Shown here piece after piece: positions 1 through 10,006 of a DNA stretch of 64,000 nucleotides. A model generated the notes under the pieces. The model had not been told where the DNA came from. It saw only the letters and a program-made list of their open reading frames with translations, and searched no databases. The stretch is taken from positions 1,410,403-1,474,402 of the forward strand of contig OY762064.1 in the NCBI GenBank assembly GCA_963665145.1, written 5' to 3'. Both the position numbers and the translations under genes were made by a program. Source of the stretch: Gammaproteobacteria bacterium. Its GTDB lineage: Bacteria > Pseudomonadota > Gammaproteobacteria > Steroidobacterales > Foliamicaceae. How positions within the stretch are numbered: the stretch's first letter is position 1; every line of letters starts with the position of its first letter.

Positions 1-683
1 GCGTCGATGGCTGCCATCAGGCCGTCTAGCGGGACCGAACCGTCACCCTTGGAGACAAACCATCCCACGGTGCCCTTGCCGAAGCTCCGGGCCTCGTCGA
101 AATAGTCGTAGTGAAACAGCAGGACCCCTGAGTTCATGCCGGCGTTGGTGTCTTTGAAGATACCGTCGATATCGAATTCCCAGACGTAGCTGCCGTTGCC
201 CCGGGTCCATATGCTGGACGTGAGCGGAACCCGGTCGCCGACCTTCCAGCCGTACTGGTTCGCCAGCGGTTCGCCGACGATCGCCCCACCCCGGTTGGCC
301 AGCCAGGCCTGCTTCTGTTCCTCCGGCAACTCGATCTCGGGATTCAGTGACAGGTATGGCTCAGCCACCACCGGGTACTGGGCAAACTCCGAGTTGTCCT
401 GGTAACTGGCGCCGAACCAGGTGCCGTGGGACACCGCCTCGATGCCCTCGATGCGCTCGATGCGCGACTGGTAAGCCACCGGCAACATCATGATCAGCGA
501 CACCTTGTGCGAAGACAACAGCCGCTCCTGGGCTTCGGGGCCTACGTCGGACAGGGACAGGGCGATGCGCAATCCTTCGAGCAGGGTGAAGAGAAAGAAC
601 ACCACGAGTATCGCCAGCATCGTGAAAACGGTGCGGATCGGTTTGCGCCACAAATTGCGCCAAACCAGGATGAAACGGTTCAT
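1..683 (-). CDS. ABC transporter permease, FtsX/MacB-type (5' part only; gene continues past the window start)
   Basis: Own translation of the minus strand from ATG at 683. The frame is open to the window edge, so it is absent from the ORF track: MNRFILVWRNLWRKPIRTVFTMLAILVVFFLFTLLEG... It has an N-terminal TM helix then a large extracytoplasmic loop, as in FtsX-family permeases. GGAGGA lies 9 nt upstream, and the gene starts 19 nt after the ATPase stop. Confidence 0.75.
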   Translation of the reverse strand, partial: MNRFILVWRNLWRKPIRTVFTMLAILVVFFLFTLLEGLRIALSLSDVGPEAQERLLSSHKVSLIMMLPVAYQSRIERIEGIEAVSHGTWFGASYQDNSEFAQYPVVAEPYLSLNPEIELPEEQKQAWLANRGGAIVGEPLANQYGWKVGDRVPLTSSIWTRGNGSYVWEFDIDGIFKDTNAGMNSGVLLFHYDYFDEARSFGKGTVGWFVSKGDGSVPLDGLMAAID

Positions 684-702
684 GGGTATGCTTCCTCCGG
701 AA

Positions 703-1398
703 TTAGTGGACTTCTTCCGGCGCCGCGCCGAGTTCGCCCTTGTCCAGGTGCAGCACGCGATGGGCGAAGGAGGCCGCGCGCGGATCGTGCGTGACCATAA
801 TGATGGTCTTACCGTAATCGCGGTTCAGCCGTTGAAGAAGACCCATGATTTCGTCGGCGGTGGCGCGGTCCAGGTCGCCGGTGGGCTCGTCGCACAGCAG
901 GACCGGCGGGTCGGACACGATGGCGCGGGCGATCGCTACCCGCTGCTCCTGGCCGCCGGACAGCTCGCGCGGGTAGTGCGATGCGCGGTTGGCCAGGCCC
1001 ACCAGTTGCAGTGCCGTATTGACGTGCTTCTTGCGCTGGGAGCCGGAAAGAGAGGTCAGCAGCAGGGGCAAGGCGACGTTGCGGGCGGCGGTAAGCACGG
1101 GCAGCAGGTTGTAGAACTGAAAGATGAACCCGATGTTGCGCGAGCGCCATTGCGTGAGCGCGCCGTGCGACAGCTTGCTGATGGCGATTTCGTTCACCCG
1201 CACCTCGCCCTTGGTCGGCTTGTCGAGACCGCCCAACAGGTTGAGCAGGGTGGTCTTGCCGGAGCCGGACGGGCCCATCAGGCCCACGAAGTCGCCCTTG
1301 CGGATACTCAGGCTGATCTTGTCCAGCACGCGAACGAGCTCACGTCCTTTGCGGTAATTCTTGCTGACGCCGGTCAGCTGAATGAATTCTGCGGCCAT
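703..1398 (-). CDS. ABC transporter ATP-binding protein (MacB/LolD-like ATPase)
   Basis: ORF 703..1476 trimmed to ATG 1398 ([15 protein letters not shown]). Walker [10 protein letters not shown], signature LSGGQEQR, Walker [12 protein letters not shown]. Confidence 0.9.
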   Translation of the reverse strand: MAAEFIQLTGVSKNYRKGRELVRVLDKISLSIRKGDFVGLMGPSGSGKTTLLNLLGGLDKPTKGEVRVNEIAISKLSHGALTQWRSRNIGFIFQFYNLLPVLTAARNVALPLLLTSLSGSQRKKHVNTALQLVGLANRASHYPRELSGGQEQRVAIARAIVSDPPVLLCDEPTGDLDRATADEIMGLLQRLNRDYGKTIIMVTHDPRAASFAHRVLHLDKGELGAAPEEVH

Positions 1399-1423
1399 GA
1401 CTTGCGCTTTTTGATTCGAACGC

Positions 1424-2659
1424 TTAAGGATATTGAATTTCCGCGCCGTCGGATAGCCCCGCGGGCGGATCGACAACGACTTTCTCGCCGCGCGACAGCC
1501 CCGAAAGAACCACGACCCGCGCTCCGTCCCGCTCGCCTGTCACCACCTCGCGGCGCAAGGCCCGGCCCTCCTCTGCCACGAACACCCAGTGATTGTCCAC
1601 CGGGCCCATCAGGGCCGAGGTGGCGATGCTCAGCCGGTCGGGTTCCGACGTGGCGGCCGGAGCGGGACCGCCCGCTTCGATGAACGACACTTTCGCTCCC
1701 ATGTCCGGCAGGATGCGCGTGTCGCGCTCAAGAATGCCGACCCGCACCCGCACCGTGGCCTTTTCGCGGTTGGCCGCCGGAACGATGGCGATCACTTCCG
1801 CCGGGATGCGCCACGCCGGATAAGCGTCCAGGCGCGCCGATACCGCTCCACCCTCCTGCACGCGCTGCAGGTAAGCCTCGTTCACGTCGACCTCGATTTC
1901 GAGCGAGTTCATGTCCACCAGGGTGCAGATACCGGTGCGCGTGAAGCCGCCGCCCGCAGACACCGGCGAGACCATTTCGCCCGGTTGCGCGTTCTTGTCG
2001 ATGACCCGGCCGGCAAACGGCGCGCGAATCACCGTCTCGCTGTGCGCCTGGCGCTGTACTTCCACGGCGCGCTCGGCCACCGTCACCGCCGCCTCGTGGG
2101 ATTTGAGGCGGGCGCTCAGGCGGTCGCGCACGGCCCTGGCGGCGTCCAGTTCGGCTTCGCTGGCCAGGCCCTGGGCATTCAGTTCCGACAGCCTCGAGAA
2201 GGAGAGTTCGGCTTCATGGAGCTCGGCGCCCGTTTCGCCCAGCGCGCTGTGTGCCGAAGCCAGCTGCGCCTCGGCAAGGCGCAACTGCGCCAGCTCCGCC
2301 GCGTCGTCCAGCTCCGCCACCACCTGCCCTTCTTCCACGCTCATGCCCTCTTCCACCAGCACCCTGCGGATTCGGCCGGTGCGTTTGGATGAGACCGTGG
2401 CGCTGCGCCTCGCAGTCACGTAGCCGCTGGCATCCAGAACGCTCGCGGCGCCGCCTGCGGACGACATCCGCACGCTCTCGACCCGCACTTCGGTGGTCGA
2501 GGCAGGCCAGAAAAGAGACGCCAGAAACGCAAGCACGCCGACCACGCACACGGTGCCGATCGTCGGCCAGAGGAAGCGCCTCAGCCGGCTTGCTTCGGGC
2601 TGCTCATCCCTTGGGATGCGCAGCCCCTCCAGGCTTGGGCTTGCGGAAGGCTCGTTCAC
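1424..2659 (-). CDS. Efflux periplasmic adaptor (HlyD/MacA-family membrane fusion protein)
   Basis: 411-aa ORF with an N-terminal TM segment (FLWPTIGTVCVVGVLAFLASLFW), a long coiled-coil-like Ala/Glu/Leu-rich segment, and a beta-rich C-terminus. The GTG start overlaps the upstream stop (GTGA at 2656-2659). Confidence 0.85.
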   Translation of the reverse strand: MNEPSASPSLEGLRIPRDEQPEASRLRRFLWPTIGTVCVVGVLAFLASLFWPASTTEVRVESVRMSSAGGAASVLDASGYVTARRSATVSSKRTGRIRRVLVEEGMSVEEGQVVAELDDAAELAQLRLAEAQLASAHSALGETGAELHEAELSFSRLSELNAQGLASEAELDAARAVRDRLSARLKSHEAAVTVAERAVEVQRQAHSETVIRAPFAGRVIDKNAQPGEMVSPVSAGGGFTRTGICTLVDMNSLEIEVDVNEAYLQRVQEGGAVSARLDAYPAWRIPAEVIAIVPAANREKATVRVRVGILERDTRILPDMGAKVSFIEAGGPAPAATSEPDRLSIATSALMGPVDNHWVFVAEEGRALRREVVTGERDGARVVVLSGLSRGEKVVVDPPAGLSDGAEIQYP

Positions 2660-4164
2660 TGAGCGGCGTGTTGGGACGGCGCTTCGCCCGCGGGGCTGCC
2701 GGTATGCTGCGACAGCACCGAATCAATGGCCTGGAAAAAAGCCTCCACGATGGGCCCGCGATAGCGGCCCACCGGCAGTCCGTTGTAGATGACCCGCGTC
2801 CCGTCCTGTACGTATTCCCGCACCAGCGGCTGGTTCCAGTCCGGATAGTCGATGGGCTGGTACAGGCTGTACTCGTCGAACCCATGGAAATTGACCATGG
2901 CGTGGCCGAAGGCCGTGTCGGTATTTTCGACGAAGAAGGAGATCGGCACGTTGACGACGTAGTCGAAACCATCGCGGATCCCGTCCCAGTACGCCTCATT
3001 GGTGGACAAATACCTGTCGTTGGGGTCGTTGATGGGATCGGCGAAATTCTCCTGGCTCGCCACGAGCTCGTGGCGGGCGAAGCCGTAGCTCTCCAGCAGT
3101 TCGCCGAGATCCTTCTCGGTGGCGTCCAGATACGCCGGAGCGAGCTGCAGCCAGGCCTCGTGCGGGACCCGGTCCCAGGGCATGCCGTGCGTGGATATCA
3201 CCACCTTTACGGAATCCTCGGGCGAGAACGTATCCAGCCGGTCCTTCAGCATCCGCACGTAGGCGCTGCGCGTAACCGGCTGGTCGCCGAGCTGTGGAGC
3301 GATGATCACCTTGATGTGCTTGTCGTTGCGCTCCTCCCACTCGTGGATGTAGTGCATGGCGTGCTTGATGCTGCCGTTGAATTCCTCATGGTGCGAGTAA
3401 ATCGGCCGCGGCATCGCCAACAGTACCGTATCGATCCCGGTGTCCAGGAGTTCATACATGGCCTTTCGGGCCATGCCGAAGTTATCGGCGGTGACCCAGG
3501 CCCAGGGAATGTCGCCGTACTCCTGATGGACCCGTTGCATGGCCTCTTCGGCGATGATGCGATTGCCGGACTCGTGGGGGATCCGGCCGTCCATGAAACC
3601 CTTGCCGGGGGCGTAATAGAACACCCGGCACTTGGTGATCAGCCGGGCCGCCGACGCGGGCATGCCCGCCATGCGGCCGGGAAGCAGGAAGTATCCCTGG
3701 GCCAGGTAGGTGCCGGGCGAGGGCGGCGACCACACCACTTCGCCGGTGAGGTACTTGTCGGCGTACGGCACGCCGTCGTAGTCGGTGTCGCGTCCCAGGT
3801 GGTCGATCAGCCGGGTGGGGGTGAATTCCTCGAACTCGTAATAGCGCTCCGCATCCATGAGCACCACGCCGCGGTCGACGTTGGCGATATTGCGGACCGG
3901 CCAGGGGATGTACTGCAGGCTCTTCTGCGCCAGGACGTAGTAGTCCTCAAAGCGCAGTTCTTCCGGCTGGATCAGGTGCGAGATGAACACGCCCACGCGG
4001 CCTTCAGGCCGTGTGTCCTGGGTCTTGTAGTAGGCGAAGTAGTTCGGCTCCACCAGTTGCGGCGGAGTGCGGTTCATGTACTTGAACACGACGAATCCCG
4101 CGACCCCGAGCGTGAACACGGCAATCAGGCACACCACGGCCACCTTGAGGAGCCTCTTCATCAT
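2656..4164 (-). CDS. Membrane-anchored ferrochelatase-fold (class II chelatase-like) protein, paralog A; function unknown
   Basis: 502-aa ORF with an N-terminal TM helix (LLKVAVVCLIAVFTLGVAGFVVF). By-eye alignment to ferrochelatase landmarks: GVFISHLIQP ~ GxLLxNLGTP, DTVLLAMPRPIYSHH ~ xIVVLPLYPQFS, KVVISTHGMPW ~ LLxSAHSLP/SYHGIP, YVVNVPISFFVENTDT ~ PxGFVxDHxETL. ATGA overlap with the upstream paralog. Confidence 0.7.
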   Translation of the reverse strand: MMKRLLKVAVVCLIAVFTLGVAGFVVFKYMNRTPPQLVEPNYFAYYKTQDTRPEGRVGVFISHLIQPEELRFEDYYVLAQKSLQYIPWPVRNIANVDRGVVLMDAERYYEFEEFTPTRLIDHLGRDTDYDGVPYADKYLTGEVVWSPPSPGTYLAQGYFLLPGRMAGMPASAARLITKCRVFYYAPGKGFMDGRIPHESGNRIIAEEAMQRVHQEYGDIPWAWVTADNFGMARKAMYELLDTGIDTVLLAMPRPIYSHHEEFNGSIKHAMHYIHEWEERNDKHIKVIIAPQLGDQPVTRSAYVRMLKDRLDTFSPEDSVKVVISTHGMPWDRVPHEAWLQLAPAYLDATEKDLGELLESYGFARHELVASQENFADPINDPNDRYLSTNEAYWDGIRDGFDYVVNVPISFFVENTDTAFGHAMVNFHGFDEYSLYQPIDYPDWNQPLVREYVQDGTRVIYNGLPVGRYRGPIVEAFFQAIDSVLSQHTGSPAGEAPSQHAAQ

Positions 4165-5690
4165 CCGGGCTGCCCTGCCTCATGCGTGACGCCGGCGATC
4201 CGTTCGGTCCGTCCGCCGGACGGATCGCCGGAATGCTGCGAAAGAACCGCATCCATCGCCTGGAAGAAGGCCTCGACGATGGGCTGGCGGTAACGGCCCA
4301 CCGGCGTGCCGTTGTAGATCACCCGCGTGCCGTCCTGGACGAACTCCCGGACCATGGGCTGGTCCCAGTCGGAGTAGTCGATCGGCTCGTAAATCGTGAA
4401 GTCGTCAAAGAACTCGAAATTGAACATGGCGTGGGAAAAGGCCGTGTCGGTGTTCTCCACGTAGAACTCGATCGGAACGTTGACGATATGGCTGAAGCCG
4501 TCATGGATGCCGTCCCAGAAGGCTTCATTGGTGGACAGGTACCTGCCCTGGGGATTATTGATCGGATCGGCGAAATGGTCCTGGCTGAGCACCACTTCGT
4601 GGCGCGCGAAACCGTAGCCTTCCACGATCTTGCGGGCGTCCTCCACCATGGCGTCGCGGTACGGCGGCGCCAGCTCGATCCAGGCCTCGTGCGGCACGAA
4701 ATCCCAGGGCATTCCGTGAGTGGATATCACTACCTTTACGGAATCCTCCGGCGAGAAGGTGTCCAGCCGGTCCTTCAGCATGTCCAGGTAGGCCCGGCGC
4801 AGGACCGGAAACTCGCCCAGCTGCGGCGTCATGATGACCTTCACGTGCCTGCCGTTCATTTCCTCCCACTCGTGGATGTAGTGCATGGCGTGCTTGAAGG
4901 CGCCGTTGAACTCCTCGTGGTGCGAGTAGATCGGCCGCGGGGCTGCCAGTATCACCGTGTCGATACCCGTATCCAGCAGTTCATACATGGCCTGACGCGC
5001 CATGCCGAAATTGTCGGCGGTGACCCAGGCCCAGGGAATGTCGCCGTACCTCTCATGCACCTTCTGCATGGCTTCCTCGGCAATCACCCGGTTGCCGGAC
5101 TCATGCGGCACCCGGCCGTCGGTGAATCCCTTGCCGGGTGCGTAGTAGTAGACCTGGCACTTGGTCACCAGCTTGGCGGAGAGGAGCGGCATTCCGGACT
5201 TGCGCCCGGGAAGCAGGAAATAGCCGTGATCGAGGTGGCGCGTCGGTGAAGGCGGCCTCCAGACCACCTCTCCGGTCAGGTACTTGTCCGCATAGGGCAC
5301 GCCGTCGTAGTCCGTATCGCGGCCCAGGTGGTCGATCAGCCGGGTGGGGGTGAATTCCTCGAACTCGTAGAAGCGCTCCGAATCCATCAGCAGCACGCCC
5401 TGGTCGCGGTTGGCGAGATTGCGAATCGGCCAGGGGATGTATTGCAGGCTTTTCTGCGCCAGGACGTAGTAGTCCTCAAAGCGCAGTTCTTCCGGCTGGA
5501 TCAGGTGCGAGATGAACACGCCCACGCGGCCTTCAGGCCGTGTGTCCTGGGTCTTGTAGTAGGCGAAGTAGTTCGGCTCCACCAGTTGCGGCGGAGTGCG
5601 GTTCTTGTACTTGAAAATGCCGTATCCGGCGGCGCCGAGCGCGAAAACGGCGGCCACCGCCACTACCACCCCCTTGAGCAGTTTCTTCAT
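4161..5690 (-). CDS. Membrane-anchored ferrochelatase-fold (class II chelatase-like) protein, paralog B; function unknown
   Basis: 509-aa ORF, colinear with paralog A over its whole length and carrying the same motifs (VVISTHGMPW, NVPIEFYVENTDT). N-terminal TM helix (VVVAVAAVFALGAAGYGIF). ATGA overlaps at both ends (5687-5690 and 4161-4164). Confidence 0.7.
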   Translation of the reverse strand: MKKLLKGVVVAVAAVFALGAAGYGIFKYKNRTPPQLVEPNYFAYYKTQDTRPEGRVGVFISHLIQPEELRFEDYYVLAQKSLQYIPWPIRNLANRDQGVLLMDSERFYEFEEFTPTRLIDHLGRDTDYDGVPYADKYLTGEVVWRPPSPTRHLDHGYFLLPGRKSGMPLLSAKLVTKCQVYYYAPGKGFTDGRVPHESGNRVIAEEAMQKVHERYGDIPWAWVTADNFGMARQAMYELLDTGIDTVILAAPRPIYSHHEEFNGAFKHAMHYIHEWEEMNGRHVKVIMTPQLGEFPVLRRAYLDMLKDRLDTFSPEDSVKVVISTHGMPWDFVPHEAWIELAPPYRDAMVEDARKIVEGYGFARHEVVLSQDHFADPINNPQGRYLSTNEAFWDGIHDGFSHIVNVPIEFYVENTDTAFSHAMFNFEFFDDFTIYEPIDYSDWDQPMVREFVQDGTRVIYNGTPVGRYRQPIVEAFFQAMDAVLSQHSGDPSGGRTERIAGVTHEAGQPG

Positions 5691-6694
5691 TGTCTTGGCT
5701 GACCCTCGATTTCCAGAGCGTCGGCAGGCTCGGCGAACGGCACCCTTCCCAACCAGGCGCCGGCGTCCGCGGCCGTCTCAAGCGGCGCTTCCTGGATCGC
5801 CATATGCCCGACGCCGGGGTAAATGATAGTCTCAACCGACGGCGAGTTCGCAAGCAGTCGAGCAAGTTCAGCAGCCAGTTCCACATGCACCTGCGGGTTC
5901 TCCTCGCCCCATTGAATCAGCACCGGCGCCCGCAGCTGTCCGATCAGTTCCTCGATGTCGCCGGAAATGTACTGCCGCAGGCGCGCCAACTGGGCCGGTC
6001 GCTGACCCTCAAGCCGCCACAGGTCATGCCAGCGGTCCACCAGTTCGTCGGACACCTTCGAGGGATCGCCGAAACCGGTCTTGAGCATGAATTCCGGCAG
6101 TGCGCGGGGGGTGATCCAGCGCACCAGCACGGTTGCCGGCGACATGCGCGGCGGCGCCTGCCGGCCGCGCACATTGGGCTCCAGAGAGCCCGGCGAGATC
6201 AGCACCAGGCCGGCCACCCGGTCCGGGTTGCGAGCCGTGTAGTGCATCGCCACGGTGCCGCCCAGGGACGTTCCCACGATCACGCAGCGATCCACACCTA
6301 TGCGGTCGAGCAAGTGCTCCATCAGGTCCACCGTGCGCGGCAGGCCGTAGTCGCCGGTAGCGTCGGCGCCGCTCAGGCCGTGGCTGGTCATGTCGAAGCG
6401 CACCACGCGAAAACGGTCCTTGAGCATCTCGGCCCACGGGTCCCAGCCGATCAGGCTGGCGAAGTTGGCGTGGATCAACACCACCGCCGGTCCCTGTCCC
6501 TCATCGCGATAGTGGATGCGGGCGCCGTCGATCTCGGCGAACTGCGAAGCCGGCGTAGCGTAGCGGGCCTCGAGCTTCTCCGCCGGGATGTCACGCCAGA
6601 TCCAGGCGGCCACGGCGAAGGCAATCAGCACCAGCGAAATCAGTCCCCCTAGTGCCCATGCCAGACCCAGCAGAATGCCCCGTACTATCCTCAC
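5687..6694 (-). CDS. Alpha/beta-fold hydrolase with N-terminal membrane anchor
   Basis: 335-aa ORF with an N-terminal TM helix (ILLGLAWALGGLISLVLIAFAVAAWIW). Nucleophile elbow GTSLGG, HG-type oxyanion region (VVLIHAN), and a C-terminal catalytic His context (GVGHMA). The GTG start overlaps the anti-sigma stop (GTGA). Confidence 0.8.
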   Translation of the reverse strand: MRIVRGILLGLAWALGGLISLVLIAFAVAAWIWRDIPAEKLEARYATPASQFAEIDGARIHYRDEGQGPAVVLIHANFASLIGWDPWAEMLKDRFRVVRFDMTSHGLSGADATGDYGLPRTVDLMEHLLDRIGVDRCVIVGTSLGGTVAMHYTARNPDRVAGLVLISPGSLEPNVRGRQAPPRMSPATVLVRWITPRALPEFMLKTGFGDPSKVSDELVDRWHDLWRLEGQRPAQLARLRQYISGDIEELIGQLRAPVLIQWGEENPQVHVELAAELARLLANSPSVETIIYPGVGHMAIQEAPLETAADAGAWLGRVPFAEPADALEIEGQPRQ

Positions 6695-7452
6695 AATGGA
6701 CGCTCGGGCCGGGAACCGGTGGCCGCGACCAGCAGCAGCGGACCGTCGGAAACCACCACCCCGCCCGCCTGTTCGAGCGTTACGGCGAACGCCACGGGAG
6801 CGTCCACCGGAAGCTTGGCGTCAACCCTGATCACCGCTTCGCCCGATGCGGATGCATTGAATACGCCGCCGTCAACCAGGTTCGCGTAGCGGTCCGGGTC
6901 GACGATCCACAGTTGATACTGCTGGTCATCCGGGTCGTTCAGCGGCAGGCCTGCAAACCGCATCTCGCCGGCCTGCAGCGAATCGCTCCAGATGATTTCT
7001 CCGCGCACCTGTTCATAAGCAGTAATTTCCGAGCGCCAGGGTAGCGCAAGAGCGTCGGGCGCCGATTGAACCATCGCGGGTTCCGGGAGTATCGGCGGAC
7101 GCTCAAGCAGCACCGAGGATACCAGCCACGCCAGCCCCATCGCCGTGGCTGCCGCCCATCCCCAGCGGGCCGACCGGTTCACCCGCCGCGGCGGAGTGTC
7201 CACGGCCCGCGCGCGGCCCATGCCCGACAAGCGTGCACGCAACTCCTCCGGCATGCGGCGGTGGCCGGCGCGGTCCTCGGCCAGGAATGCCGCCTGCGCC
7301 AGCGCGGCCGCCTCATGCATTGCGTCCCGCTCGCGCCTGCGCTGTTGCGACGGCAGTGCGCCCAACAGTGCCTTCAACTCCTGGTGGTCGGCCTCGTCGA
7401 GCGTGAGTTCGGTAGCCTCAGCGGCCAGCAATTCGTGGAGTCTGTCAGCCAT
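6691..7452 (-). CDS. Anti-sigma factor, RskA-like (single TM, extracytoplasmic C-terminal domain)
   Basis: ORF 6691..7494 trimmed to ATG 7452 (MADRLHELL), overlapping the sigma gene stop by 8 nt. Central TM helix (WGWAAATAMGLAWLVSSVLL). The C-terminal segment (YQLWIVD...VAFAVTLEQAGGV) resembles the anti-sigma-K RskA C-terminal domain. Confidence 0.7.
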   Translation of the reverse strand: MADRLHELLAAEATELTLDEADHQELKALLGALPSQQRRRERDAMHEAAALAQAAFLAEDRAGHRRMPEELRARLSGMGRARAVDTPPRRVNRSARWGWAAATAMGLAWLVSSVLLERPPILPEPAMVQSAPDALALPWRSEITAYEQVRGEIIWSDSLQAGEMRFAGLPLNDPDDQQYQLWIVDPDRYANLVDGGVFNASASGEAVIRVDAKLPVDAPVAFAVTLEQAGGVVVSDGPLLLVAATGSRPERPL

Positions 7453-8044
7453 GGCCACCACTTTGCCCTTCGCGCTCTGCATTGAGCGCTTCACGCATGC
7501 GTATCAGGCTGCGCCGGATTCGCGTCTTGACGGTACCGATAGGCATATTCAGGCGTTTAGCGATCTCGCTATGTGAATATCCTTCGTATAAGGACAGCGA
7601 AAGGATTTCCCTTTCATTGTCCGACAACATGCCCAGCAGCGGGCGGACCTGTATCGACGCCAGTTGTGCCTCCAGGCGGGCGTCTCCGTCCAGGGACGGG
7701 TCGACCTCATCGCCCATCAAGGGCACGCTGTCCCCGAACCGTGCTTCGTGGCGGATCTGATCGATTATCCGGCGGCGGGCCACGGTCAGCACGAAGGTCA
7801 ATTCACTACCCCTCTGGCGGCGAAAGCGGCCGGCGCTGGACCAAAGGGACAGGAAGGCCTCCTGGACCGACTCCTGGGCGACCGGCGAGGTCCCGAAATA
7901 GCGCCGCGCCAGCGACCAGATCAGATCGCCGTACTTGTCGACGAGATCTGCCATCGCCTGCGGATCGCCTTCCGCTACGCGTTCCAGGATCGCGGGTCCC
8001 GGCGCGGGACGGGAATCCTGCGGCGGCGCCTTCGAGGTGTTCAC
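7445..8044 (-). CDS. RNA polymerase ECF-type sigma-70 factor
   Basis: 199-aa ORF with sigma region 2 (DLIWSLARRYF...QEAFLSLW) and a region 4 HTH (LSLYEGYSHSEIAKRLNMPIGTVKTRIRRSL). GTG start at 8044; the exact start is uncertain. Confidence 0.88.
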   Translation of the reverse strand: MNTSKAPPQDSRPAPGPAILERVAEGDPQAMADLVDKYGDLIWSLARRYFGTSPVAQESVQEAFLSLWSSAGRFRRQRGSELTFVLTVARRRIIDQIRHEARFGDSVPLMGDEVDPSLDGDARLEAQLASIQVRPLLGMLSDNEREILSLSLYEGYSHSEIAKRLNMPIGTVKTRIRRSLIRMREALNAEREGQSGGHG

Positions 8045-8181
8045 GCGATCATCCAGGGAGTCGTTCGGCCTTGAGAAAGACCGGATTGTATTCTCCCGCC
8101 CGCGTGACGGAGCGGAGAAACTTCGATTTGCTGCGTCGCTCGCATAGACTGGAGCCGGCGGACTTCGAAATTGGGTAAGGA

Positions 8182-9963
<1,782 letters not shown>

Positions 9964-10006
9964 GGCCGTGGTATAAACGCGCACCTGACCCAAGGGAGGA
10001 ATACGA

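Noticed and set aside
2251-4293. 680-aa plus-strand ORF, with a similar one at 4182..5249.
   Set aside because: They are antisense to the adaptor and chelatase-like genes. Composition is low-complexity R/P/A/G with no recognisable domain.
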